64,000 nt of DNA from Candidatus Latescibacterota bacterium. Its GTDB lineage: Bacteria > Latescibacterota > UBA2968 > UBA8231. Shown one piece after another: positions 20,570 to 30,241 of the stretch. The notes beneath the pieces are model-generated. The model ran no database searches. It was not told the origin of the DNA and saw only the letters and a program-made list of their open reading frames with translations. How positions within the stretch are numbered: position 1 is the first letter of the stretch; every line of letters begins with the position of its first letter. Where the stretch lies: positions 6,816,001-6,880,000 of the forward strand of contig OZ242214.1 in assembly GCA_965206595.1 (NCBI GenBank). The letters are read 5' to 3'. The position numbers and the translations under genes were made by a program.

Positions 20570-20899
20570 ATGAGAGTTAGTTCCACAGCTGACACTATTC
20601 GGCACCATCCACCCGAGGACGAGGGAACAGCCCAAATCGAGTTCGCTATCCCAGCAGAAGGTGGAAACTCAAGTGCTGGTGAGAAGTATGATTTCGAGGA
20701 GAAAGCTGTCCGCCTAGCGTGGTGGAACGCGGACGGTGGCTTTGATCCCATTTCATCCGCTGAACTTCCCGAGTGGGCAATTCTGGATGTCATGGAAGCT
20801 TGTGCCGCTCAGGATTTCCTTTCGCCACATGACGCAGCTTTGGTCATCAGGGTGTTAGCGGAGTCTATCGAGAGACAATGTGGCATTGTGAGCCAGTAG
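20570..20899 (+). CDS. Hypothetical protein
   Basis: AGGAGG RBS before ATG 20570; lower GC; globular-looking sequence. Confidence 0.55.
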   Translation: MRVSSTADTIRHHPPEDEGTAQIEFAIPAEGGNSSAGEKYDFEEKAVRLAWWNADGGFDPISSAELPEWAILDVMEACAAQDFLSPHDAALVIRVLAESIERQCGIVSQ

Positions 20900-20901
20900 C
20901 C

Positions 20902-21490
20902 CTACCCTGAGATGGGACCCCTTGGATAGTTGGCGGCGGCCACGTCGGCGTTGTCGACGCTCCAGCACCAGAACTTCTCCAGGTACCCCCCCCCCCCCCC
21001 AACCAGCCGGGTGCCCTCGTCGTGGTCGACGTAGGGTGGCCGCGCCGGGCTGTACATGGTGTCGATGAGGTCGCGGATCAGGGCCGTCTCCACCCCCCAC
21101 TTCGTCATCTGCTTGATCCCGAAGGTTCGGTGGAGGACGCACATGTTGGTGTGCACGCCGAAGATCAGCATGCGGGTCACCCCACGGGCCTGCAGGCAGG
21201 CGTAGACCAAGCGGCCATCGTCCGCGATCAGGTCCCGCTCCGGGTCGATCTCGATGCCGGGGTGCTAGCGGGTCCAGGCCTTGTAGGAGTCGTTCTCGGC
21301 GGCGGTGGTACCCTGGTTGGCGGCGTCCACGGGCAGGGGCGGGTCGTACTCGCCGCCTCGCCGCCGGGGGCGAAGAGCTGCCCCACGAGGGAGCCGGGGT
21401 CCCGCGCCGCCGCCGGCAGCCCCTCCGCGGGGTCGGCCGGCTCCGTCTCCAGGGCCCGGAGGCGGGCCGGGTGCTCCACGTAGAACTCCA
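20902..21490 (-). pseudogene. Isochorismatase/cysteine hydrolase family pseudogene
   Basis: GVHTNMCVL.R.FGIKQM, RDLIDTMY, PYVDHDEGT, YLEKFWC; in-frame TAG near 21266; poly-C run 20986-21000. Confidence 0.7.
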
Positions 21491-21541
21491 TCGTGCCCGA
21501 TACCTTGATCTTAACAGGTTTCTTCAATCAACAGGAAAAAA

Positions 21542-22216
21542 ATGAGCGAGGAAAGCAGCATCTGTTACTACACAAATAGATACAACAAACAATTCAGGCG
21601 AATTGAACATTACCAGCAATATCCTCAAATGATGCCGTTTGTCGGGAGAGGATACAAGGTAGGCGGTATACTTCTATTGTTAGAAAGTCACTATCTACCT
21701 GAGGAAAGTCGAGTTCATCTTGATGCAGAGGAATGGTATAACGGAAGGTCGGATTCACTCAGCAGTAAAGAAAAGATATGGATACATACTAGAGATATAA
21801 CCAATGACAGATATCATTGGGATGGAGGAAAATCCATAGGAAGAATAAATTTAGCATTGATAAAAGCGTTAGGGCAAGAAAGGGAAGAGAGAGAGAATAT
21901 GTTTCAGTATTTCTGCTACATGAATGCTTTTCAACGCCCTGCTACTCAAGGAATGAGCATACGAGAAACAGATTTGGACATAGAAAAATCAGGTGAGGTG
22001 ATTCGGCAAGTAATAGAGATACTCAAGCCCAGACATGCTTTTTTCCCTAGCAGTAAAGCTGCAGAGAACTTTATGGAATCGGTCGATCAACAAGACGTTA
22101 CGGTAGGAAAGACTCAGCATCCCAGTAGCCCTTGGTGGAATAGAGAATCGGGGACTGAAATGATTACAGGGAAAGAGCGATTTATCCGCTTAATTAGGAG
22201 GGCTACTCGTCCATGA
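21542..22216 (+). CDS. Uracil-DNA-glycosylase-like superfamily protein (low GC)
   Basis: PFVG..Y, ILLLLESHY, YMNAFQRP, VIEILKP, QHPS motif order typical of UDG-like proteins. Confidence 0.55.
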   Translation: MSEESSICYYTNRYNKQFRRIEHYQQYPQMMPFVGRGYKVGGILLLLESHYLPEESRVHLDAEEWYNGRSDSLSSKEKIWIHTRDITNDRYHWDGGKSIGRINLALIKALGQEREERENMFQYFCYMNAFQRPATQGMSIRETDLDIEKSGEVIRQVIEILKPRHAFFPSSKAAENFMESVDQQDVTVGKTQHPSSPWWNRESGTEMITGKERFIRLIRRATRP

Positions 22217-22289
22217 CACGTATGTGGACATAAGAATATGGTTTCTATGGAATGCCCACGCCGATTGACCCGCATCCGCTCGGGAACTC

Positions 22290-22545
22290 TGAAACCGAGG
22301 AGTGAGATAAGAATCTGCTTTATTGGCGATTCATTGGTTAATGGTACCGGTGACGAGGCGGCTCTCGGGTGGGCCGGGCGACTGTGTGCTATGGCCAATG
22401 AGAGTGATATACCCGTTACCTATTACAACCTTGGTATTCGGCGGTATTCGGCGAAACACGAGCAAAGATATTCTGCTGCTCTGGAAGAGTGAATGCACCC
22501 TTCGGCTGCCGATTTCTGCGATGGTCGCATAGTCCTCTCATGTGA
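22290..22545 (+). pseudogene. SGNH/GDSL hydrolase N-terminal remnant
   Basis: RICFIGDSLVNGTGD...GWAGRL...YNLGIR; 10-bp tandem duplication GTATTCGGCG (22434-22453) shifts the frame. Confidence 0.7.
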
Positions 22546-22880
22546 CGTTGCCGGCAAGCAAGTACACGTCGCCCGCCTCGCCGGCTTCGACGTGCAGGTT
22601 GTCGAAACTCGACAAGAGCGAATCGCACAAGCGGAGCGCCTCGATGTCGCCTGTCCCGGCAGGCACGTAGATGCTGAATCCGAGTACTGCGGAAACGTCT
22701 ATACGTCGCGCTCCGAGGGCCGCGTTTTCTGCGCTGGCTGGGGCGTACGTGCAGCGTATCCAAGGGCCCGGGGGTGTCCGCGTTGTAGGTGCGATTACCC
22801 TCGACGAAAGCGACGTTGCGCGCCTCGACGGTCTGCTTTGCGCTGGCCATCAACGCTTTGTGTACGTCTGAGTGTATGAC
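22530..22880 (-). pseudogene. Possible phage tail-terminator-like (DUF4128-type) remnant
   Basis: Joining frames near 22765 gives VAFVEGNRTYN..PWIRCTY...GFSIYVPAGTGDIEALRLCDSLLSSF. Confidence 0.4.
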
Positions 22881-23098
22881 TCTTCCTCCCGTTCCTCTGT
22901 ACTCAAATATCTTTGGTGTGTCAAGCGTAACTGATTGCGCTACAATCGATTATTGTTATTGAATTGGGAATGCGAAGCTATGGGAAAAGGGGGGATTTTC
23001 TAAAAAAGTACATCCCGGGAAAGGGGTTTGGTCCTCGACCTCGACGGAGAGTTTCTTTACTCTGTCCCGGGACACCACCAACCAAAGGGGGGGAAGAA

Positions 23099-23557
23099 AT
23101 GACCGCTTTTCTGCTGCTGATTCTCGTTGCCTGCGGACCGCCCGATAGAGGTGACCAGAACGACGCTCCAGCTCCCCAGGTAACGACGCGGGAGGTAACG
23201 ACACCGGACACGACCGACGCGGGCCGAGGATTCGTGTATTTCAACGTCGAGCCGCATCCGTCAATGAGCCTCCAAACCGGGGAAGATAGCTGGGGTTACT
23301 TGGGGGAAATAATGAACCGCTCCGGTCAGAACTGGGCTATTATCGGGTTTCACTTAACGGTCTACGACGGAAACCAAATGATAGGGTTAGTACCGTTCCG
23401 CTTTACTGATTTCCGCAACGGGGAAATCAAGAGTTTCCTAACGCAGCCCGTTATAGAAACCGATTTCCCCGCCGATCCGAAATTTGCCGAGGAAGTCGGC
23501 CGACGGTTTTCCTACACGATCCGGTACGATTCCGGACATGAAGAAGATGATGAATGA
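23099..23557 (+). CDS. Putative lipoprotein with FxLYD-like domain
   Basis: MTAFLLLILVAC lipobox; Pro/Thr linker; GEIMNRSG...LTVYDG. Confidence 0.6.
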   Translation: MTAFLLLILVACGPPDRGDQNDAPAPQVTTREVTTPDTTDAGRGFVYFNVEPHPSMSLQTGEDSWGYLGEIMNRSGQNWAIIGFHLTVYDGNQMIGLVPFRFTDFRNGEIKSFLTQPVIETDFPADPKFAEEVGRRFSYTIRYDSGHEEDDE

Positions 23558-23591
23558 CCCGGGGGGTTACCGTCCTCGCTTCGCTTCGGGC

Positions 23592-23870
23592 GGTAGGACT
23601 GCCGGCGATGCCCCCGCCGAGGGCCCCACCTGAGCCGCAGTTCGAGTTCGCCGCCTGACCTGCCTTCGCGACCCCTCGCCGGGCGTACGGGCTGGGTGTG
23701 CCCTCAACGGTCCCTCAGGCCCCCGATTGATCTGGATACGGGCGGACAGGCAACCAAACTGTACTGCGATCTCGGTCGAAGGACTGGCAAACGATCCTCA
23801 CTCAGGGGAGTTGCCGGACCCTTGCGGTGCGCTGTCCGCCTTGACCGAGAGTCTCAAAAGGTGCTTCATT
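23592..23870 (+). mobile_element. IS91-family 3' remnant (copy 2)
   Basis: Near-identical to about 19379-19659; lacks the terminal GCCTATAC. Confidence 0.8.
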
Positions 23871-24195
23871 TCACACTTAAGGCTTAAGGGTATTTCGCTT
23901 GGCGGGAGGGACGCTGTGATCTCTGCCGGTGTGCCCATTGGCGTCGGACTGCAGGCAAGGCCAGTCCCAATTACTGGTTCCGGAAGGTACTGCTGGAACT
24001 GGCAGGCACCATGGGTCAGTCACCTATTCAACGACCATATATGCGAAAATGCCGCGGAGATTCCAACTGGCGTTGAGGAGCTCGTCAGCGTCTAATGTCC
24101 CGAGTATTCCTTGGGCAACTGAGAGCGTTCGCGACGATGGTGAGGACATGGCCCTACAGCTCTAGTAATTTCCTTCGACAGGAATAGGAGAATCG

Positions 24196-25956
24196 ATGCA
24201 CCAGCAAGGCGGAACCATCAAAGAGGCGCTAGACAGCATCGCATCACATGGATATGTGCTGCCGGCAATCCAGAGGGAGTTTGTGTGGCGGCCAGAACAG
24301 GTATGCAATCTGTTCGACAGCGTGATGCAGGGCTACCCTTTTGGGGAGTTCATGTTCTGGAGGGTTGAGGCCCAGAATTCCGGCCAATACCGTTGGTACG
24401 ACTTCGTTCGGAACTACCATCAACGGGATGACCCGCATTGTCCTGAGCTTGGGCCCATACACCACAAGCCGCTAACAGCCGTGCTCGATGGTCAGCAACG
24501 GTTGACAGCATTCAACATCGGACTCCGCGGTTCGATGGCTGTCAAGCTCCCCTACAAATGGTGGAGCCGCCCGGATGCCTTCCCCAAGAGGATTCTGGCG
24601 CTTGATCTGTTGGCGCCTCTGGACCCTGATGAAGAAGGCAGTCGCTACGTCTTTGAGTTCGTCAATGAGGACCGCATCGGCTTGGAGGACACTCGGTTAT
24701 GGTTCAAGGTCCCAGACATCATGAGTTTCTCTACGGAGAACCCCGGCCCGGACATGTGGGATTGGATATCTGAACAGGGTCTTGATACCGAGCAACAACG
24801 CATGGGCTTTCGCACACTGAACCGACTCCATCAAGCCATCTGTGTCGGACTCGTTGTCGCCTTCTACGAGGAGAAGTGCCAGGACATTGAGCGAGTGCTC
24901 AACATATTCATACGGTGCAACAGTGGTGGGACACCCCTCTCCTACTCCAATCTTCTCTTGAGCATCGCAGTGTCTCAATGGACCCCCCCCCGTGACGCCA
25001 GGAGTGAAGTCCACGGGTTGGTGGATGATATGAACAACGTGCGGGCTGGGCTGCTGTTCAATGCGGACTTTGTCCTGAAGGCAGGGCTTATGCTCACCGA
25101 CATAGCCAGCGTCGGTTTCAGGGTTGAGAACTTCACTCACGAGAATATGGCCATCCTGGAGAAGAATTGGCCAGATATCCGTCAGGCCCTTGTGGAAACC
25201 GTAGAACTGATGGACAGTTTCGGGTTTGACAGCAGGACCATCCAGGCCACCAACTCACTCCTGCCCATTGCCTATTACCTGTACAAGAAAGGGGCGCCGC
25301 GGGACTTTGAAACCAGTGACCGCTTCCTGCACGACCGCAAGGTCATTCGGGGTTGGCTCACCCGGTCTATCCTGAAAGAGTCCGGGATCTGGGGCAGCGG
25401 ATTGGACACTCTACTGACCGCGTTGCGGGAAGTGATACGCGATTCGAATGGGTCCGAATTCCCGGCCAGCGAACTTAGGCGGGTGATGGCACAGAGGGGC
25501 AAGACTCTGGACTTCGGCGGGGAGGAAATAGAGGATCTGGCAGACATGCGTTTGGGGGACCGGCGTATCTTCCCGCTGTTGACCATGCTGTTTCCTCACC
25601 TGGAGTCCCGAGACGGATCTGACATTGACCACGTATTCCCAAAGAGCCGGTTTACTACCAACCGGCTGAAGACCGCATGCATTGCCGACGACGGGCAGAT
25701 TGTCGCCTTCCGGGATCGATGCGACCGCCTGGCGAATCTTCAGTTGCTGGACCGTTCGGTCAATAACGAGAAACGGGCTACTTTACCTGCGGATTGGTTG
25801 GAGATCCATTGCCCGGATTCCCAGGCCCGCCAGAATTATTGTGACCGTCACTTGTTGGGCGATGTTCCGGGAGAGATCAAAGAATTCACGGACTACTACG
25901 ACTCTCGCCGACAGAGGCTCCGGGACCGTATTGCTGGTCTGGTGAATGCTGTTTAA
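24196..25956 (+). CDS. DUF262 + DUF1524 (GmrSD-like, type IV restriction) nuclease
   Basis: LPAIQREFVW, LDGQQRLT, IFIRCNSGG (DUF262); DIDHVFPKS...LANLQLL..N..K (HNH/DUF1524). Confidence 0.85.
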   Translation: MHQQGGTIKEALDSIASHGYVLPAIQREFVWRPEQVCNLFDSVMQGYPFGEFMFWRVEAQNSGQYRWYDFVRNYHQRDDPHCPELGPIHHKPLTAVLDGQQRLTAFNIGLRGSMAVKLPYKWWSRPDAFPKRILALDLLAPLDPDEEGSRYVFEFVNEDRIGLEDTRLWFKVPDIMSFSTENPGPDMWDWISEQGLDTEQQRMGFRTLNRLHQAICVGLVVAFYEEKCQDIERVLNIFIRCNSGGTPLSYSNLLLSIAVSQWTPPRDARSEVHGLVDDMNNVRAGLLFNADFVLKAGLMLTDIASVGFRVENFTHENMAILEKNWPDIRQALVETVELMDSFGFDSRTIQATNSLLPIAYYLYKKGAPRDFETSDRFLHDRKVIRGWLTRSILKESGIWGSGLDTLLTALREVIRDSNGSEFPASELRRVMAQRGKTLDFGGEEIEDLADMRLGDRRIFPLLTMLFPHLESRDGSDIDHVFPKSRFTTNRLKTACIADDGQIVAFRDRCDRLANLQLLDRSVNNEKRATLPADWLEIHCPDSQARQNYCDRHLLGDVPGEIKEFTDYYDSRRQRLRDRIAGLVNAV

Positions 25957-26289
25957 CTGTCTATTCCACGGACGAAGGCTGCCCCATTGGTGGGCCTCAT
26001 CCGGGAATCATCACCAGTCCTTGACGGGATGGCTACTCGGGCCAGGAACAATCGGCCTCGACACCGCTTAACTTTTCGCGAAGCGGTGTCGTTGGGTGAA
26101 GCGGACCGGCCTCGGGGCAGATCTCTGCGGACATCGGGGACCCAGATACTGTGCTTGCTGCTCGCTCGTAGACAACGGCTATACACCATGCTGGTCGCGG
26201 AGAGTAACCTCCTCAGTGCCACCACAATCGTCGCCGCGCATTCGCACGCATCAAACGTGGAATCGTTTGTTTTTCACCCCGGTTAATGG

Positions 26290-27645
26290 TTAATGGATCG
26301 AAGGCATCCCCATGTCGGGGATTTCAGGATGTAGCCAGTAAATGCCTTTCTCTTTCAGAAGATCTTGGAAGGTACCGTCTTTTACCCTGTAATCCTTCCA
26401 ATTTATAGATGCGCCAATTAGACGATTTAGCCCAAACTTACCGATAGGAAATTCATTCCCGTCAGTGCCCGGGTAATATAGAGTAAAAACAATCTCATGA
26501 ATCGCTTTATAGCGATTCCTCCTCCACATATCACCATCCGAAACCCATTCGTATTTCGTCCACATTTTTCGCGTAAAATCGGACAGATGTCTCATGAATC
26601 CGATAGGATGCTTAAATTCACCTCTCCCGTAGTCCGCTATGTCCTCTGGGTCTGCACGCATATTCACAATTAACGTTCCCTCCGACGTTTCAATTTTTTT
26701 TATAATTCCTTTTCCACTTCTGACCCCTTTCGGGGTGAAATAGTTAAAATTAGGTCCTTTGTCTAGTACATTCTTTTTATACCGAACCTTATATTGTTCG
26801 GACTGTTCTCCCTTACCAAATTTGTCAAGGTCATAGGCATCTTTATACCATGTGAGAAGGTCAAACTCTACCCATCTTTCAAAGGTCGCTGCTTTATAAC
26901 GAAACCATCCTGCCGAATCCCACACCTCTTCTTGGAGGGCAAAACTTGATTGCAAAAAAGTAAAAAGTAGAGCCCTTTGAGTTTTCCCTTCTTCGAGAAG
27001 TACCGAGTTTGACGTAACCTGTCGAGAACCACTAGGATAAATTCTAATTTTATTGGCCTCATTATTCATGGGTCTATAAATCGTGGCCGTCGCCAAGTCT
27101 TGCCAAGCAAATAGGGATATGGAACGAGATTCCAAGTAATTATGGGTTTTGTAATATTTAAGCGCCTCCTCCAATAGCATCCTTGCGTTTTTTGTTTTTT
27201 CTTTGATATCCCCAAAAAATATAATCGAATCAATGAATGCCCCATAGACCTCTTCAGAATTCACGTTCTTTTCGTCGGGCTTAGAGGAATCAGTATCCTC
27301 ATTTTTCGAGTCGGAATCGGTATCAGCCGAGGTAGGTGAAGTAAAATCACTAACATTCTGAAAAAAATAAAAACCAAGTGGCGTTGTTCCTGTCGGCCAT
27401 TTGTTAACAATTATTTTTTGCGCGCTTGGGGCAGAGGCTTTGGATATTTCGGTGCTTGTTCCGGAAAGCATGGTAGCGCAGGCGGTCCAGACCGAAGAAA
27501 ACCATATTACCATGGCGACGGGCATTCGTCCCTCAATTCGAGTCCGAGTTTTGGGAAGGGGGAGTATTCGTTTTTTTTGGTCCATGTTAAAGAACAATAA
27601 TTGGCTTTGACAGCACGATCCCGAAATTGCCAAAAAAGACGACAT
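26290..27645 (-). CDS. Hypothetical AT-rich protein, possibly exported
   Basis: 451-aa ORF with much lower GC than flanks; hydrophobic segment ending ..WTAC; start uncertain. Confidence 0.6.
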   Translation of the reverse strand: MSSFLAISGSCCQSQLLFFNMDQKKRILPLPKTRTRIEGRMPVAMVIWFSSVWTACATMLSGTSTEISKASAPSAQKIIVNKWPTGTTPLGFYFFQNVSDFTSPTSADTDSDSKNEDTDSSKPDEKNVNSEEVYGAFIDSIIFFGDIKEKTKNARMLLEEALKYYKTHNYLESRSISLFAWQDLATATIYRPMNNEANKIRIYPSGSRQVTSNSVLLEEGKTQRALLFTFLQSSFALQEEVWDSAGWFRYKAATFERWVEFDLLTWYKDAYDLDKFGKGEQSEQYKVRYKKNVLDKGPNFNYFTPKGVRSGKGIIKKIETSEGTLIVNMRADPEDIADYGRGEFKHPIGFMRHLSDFTRKMWTKYEWVSDGDMWRRNRYKAIHEIVFTLYYPGTDGNEFPIGKFGLNRLIGASINWKDYRVKDGTFQDLLKEKGIYWLHPEIPDMGMPSIH

Positions 27646-28242
27646 AAGTAATTCATTCGGAATGGTTCAGCACAAAATCAGGTACAATGCTAACAGGAGC
27701 AGAAGCAAGGGAAATAACAGGGCCCGGAACACGAGCACCAAGAGGAGAAGCACCACGAGCAGAAGAAGAATTTCAATCACTGGGAGCGAGGCCCTTCCTG
27801 TACCCGGATTTTGCAATTATAACCGCTACCGCAATCTGCAAATTCATATAAGTTGGAACCCGAAATCTGCCGATTTCAGCTGGGATTGCACCGGCTCAGC
27901 CGACTCTCATAACGCAGGAGGTTTATATTGGGTCGGTTTCAGCGTCGGGCCTATGAGCACTTCAAGATATACGGCAGAGGATGCCTTGTGGATATTTTGG
28001 CTCCGCTCAGCGCTCAGCTGAACTGTCAGGTTGTCCTGTGATGGTATTCGCCTGACAGTTGACCATTGAAAAAGCGGTGGAGACCAACTTGGTTTAATTG
28101 GCTAGAAAACATGAACAAAGGCCCGTTATAGTGGCAAATTCTGAGCACCGTTTAGCTAAACAGCTTCCTTCATATCCACTTCCGTCTCTTCCTGTGTGGC
28201 ACAGTTTTTTCGGTCCAAGCTGATCGGCGATTCGGTTCTGCA

Positions 28243-29244
28243 TTAAAGCATGAACAGCCCGGCCTCAGTACCACAAATCAATATGACATCGTTTGCTTCG
28301 GCGATCCTCTTGCAATCCTCAGTAAAAGATTCCGCGCTGGTGAACAGCACTTTGTACAGCACTTCCTGCCCTTCATCCGCCTTCCAATTGACCAACTGAG
28401 TCACCCCCCGGACATCGTCATAGTCTGTGCCTGTTTTTTGCTTGACCTGCACAATGAGCAAAGGGGTGCATTCCAACAAACCCTCGTCAAACCCGGGCAT
28501 GGGCAGAGAAAACACATGATCTGCATCTCCACCGTTTCGCGTGCTCCTGCTTCTGAGTAGCTCATATCCTTTTCGTTCAAAGGCTTCTCCTACAGCGGCC
28601 TCGAATTGGTCATGCCCCCACTCGTCGTTGACATATTTTATCAAGGATTCTGCAGCCTGCTTCCTGCTTTCATTGTATCGATGTTTCCTGATTGTACTAG
28701 GAGCTTGGGGAGTATCCGCATTCTCTTCATTCAGTAACCGTTTCGCAGCACAAAGCACTCTTCCAGTATTATAGTCTTGAACTTGAGTAACTGGTGATCG
28801 GAAATACGCGCTCTTGAACAACTCATAGATCGTCTGGGAGTCTTGGTTGTACCAATTGGCCACCACACGTAAGTTCTTCACAGGAATGATATGCCCAAAA
28901 TCATTCTGACCTGAAGCCACTTCAAATCGGTAGCTTTCGCTCTCTTCTACTTCGGCAATTGTGAAATACCCGTATTTTGGAGCCTTGGGGATAAAGATCA
29001 GATCGCCCTTTTTCATATCCAGCATACGGCGCAGTGTCGCATGCCGCCGAGGGCTAGGAGGTCCGCCCCACGCACTCTCGTAGGCTTGCGTCCATTCTTG
29101 CCTATCCCGCTCGCTGCCATCGGCATTCAAAAGAGAGGTGCCTGGAGGAGACCAGCCTTGGCGCAGGCGTCCTTGCTGCAATTCGTTCTGAATAAAATCA
29201 TCATCGGAAGCTATGCGGAAGACAAAGCAGCGTTGTTCTGGCAT
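28243..29244 (-). CDS. Mrr-like PD-(D/E)xK restriction endonuclease with N-terminal PUA/EVE-like domain
   Basis: LRQGW...DMKKGDLIFIPK N-terminus; QFEAAVGEAFERKGY..GGDAD..IVQVK Mrr_cat pattern. Confidence 0.75.
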   Translation of the reverse strand: MPEQRCFVFRIASDDDFIQNELQQGRLRQGWSPPGTSLLNADGSERDRQEWTQAYESAWGGPPSPRRHATLRRMLDMKKGDLIFIPKAPKYGYFTIAEVEESESYRFEVASGQNDFGHIIPVKNLRVVANWYNQDSQTIYELFKSAYFRSPVTQVQDYNTGRVLCAAKRLLNEENADTPQAPSTIRKHRYNESRKQAAESLIKYVNDEWGHDQFEAAVGEAFERKGYELLRSRSTRNGGDADHVFSLPMPGFDEGLLECTPLLIVQVKQKTGTDYDDVRGVTQLVNWKADEGQEVLYKVLFTSAESFTEDCKRIAEANDVILICGTEAGLFML

Positions 29245-29386
29245 TAATGATTCTCCTTCTAATGGTCGTTGGATGGACACCTCGGTCCTGTATCTCCACC
29301 CTGCAGCGTCCAAGACGCTATGCTATGTTAGCTTAGCTCTAACAATTAATTCAGGTAATCAACCTCGCCAGACAGGGATTGTCAAT

Positions 29387-29428
29387 GTAGTCATCCAACG
29401 GTACGAAGTAGTCATCCAACGGTACGAA
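29387..29428 (+). repeat. 21-bp perfect tandem duplication
   Basis: GTAGTCATCCAACGGTACGAA x2. Confidence 0.9.
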
Positions 29429-29967
29429 AACATCGATGATGGTGCCCTAGCTCCCCGGACCCAGTTCACCGCCCTCAACCAGTGGACCTTTGGGACCGGC
29501 GGACCTTCGCAACCTCCCGTCCGAGCAATGCGACGGCTATAACTGCAATCCCAAAACAGTCATAGTTCTTAGTATTGCATTCGGTTCTCCCCTCGGGCCG
29601 TAGAAACGTTCCCGCGATTTCTGAGGACCTTCCGAATGTATTGCCGGGGGATTGAAGACCCCACACCTCCTAGTCGGCTCCAAAGCGGCGGTCCCGGCCG
29701 ATGTTTCGAGCCGTCGTACACCCGGGGATTTGCTTATCAGTTTTCAGGCAGGGAGGTTCTTCTTCGGATAATCAATAGCTTTTTAAGCTTCTTACCTTCT
29801 TTCTCGGCACAACGTATGTCTATCAGCCTGATATGCCCTTTTGTTCCAGTTAACAATAATCGATGAGCCTGTGAACATCAAGTTTCCTGTTTTTTCCTCA
29901 CCTCGCGGGAGCATAGTTTGGGACTTTCGGGAAGGACGGAGGTCGGGTTCTCCCCAGAGGCAAGAAC

Positions 29968-30241
29968 ATGAGGAAAAAACTGGTCACCATCCAGGGCATC
30001 GCCCGGCGGCTTGGCATCTCCCATATGACCGTGTCCCGGGCCCTGTCTCTAGATCCCAAGGTCTCGACCTTAGTGACCGAGACAACCCGGAAAACGGGTG
30101 GAAGAAATGGGCTACACGCCAACCTCTTGGCCAAGACATTTGTGACGGGCAAAACGGATACGTTCGGCCTGCTGACTTACAAGATCTTCCGCGAGATGTT
30201 CAGTCGTCAGACCGATCAGATTCTGAGGGTGGCGGACTGTA
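29968..30241 (+). pseudogene. LacI-family regulator N-terminal remnant cut by IS91 copy 3
   Basis: VTIQGIARRLGISHMTVSRALS HTH; NLLAKTFVTGKTDTFGLL hinge; fuses into IS91 sequence at 30242. Confidence 0.75.

Noticed and set aside
20986-21000. 15-C homopolymer as a phase-variation tract
   Set aside because: It lies in a gene already broken by a stop and frameshifts; may be a sequencing artefact.
21264-21268. In-frame TAG as pyrrolysine or stop-codon recoding
   Set aside because: The same gene has other lesions, TAG ends other genes normally, and no pyl genes are seen.
27662-28240. 119-aa ORF and adjacent spacer as a gene
   Set aside because: Low-complexity Arg/Ser translation with no motif; probably decayed or antisense sequence.
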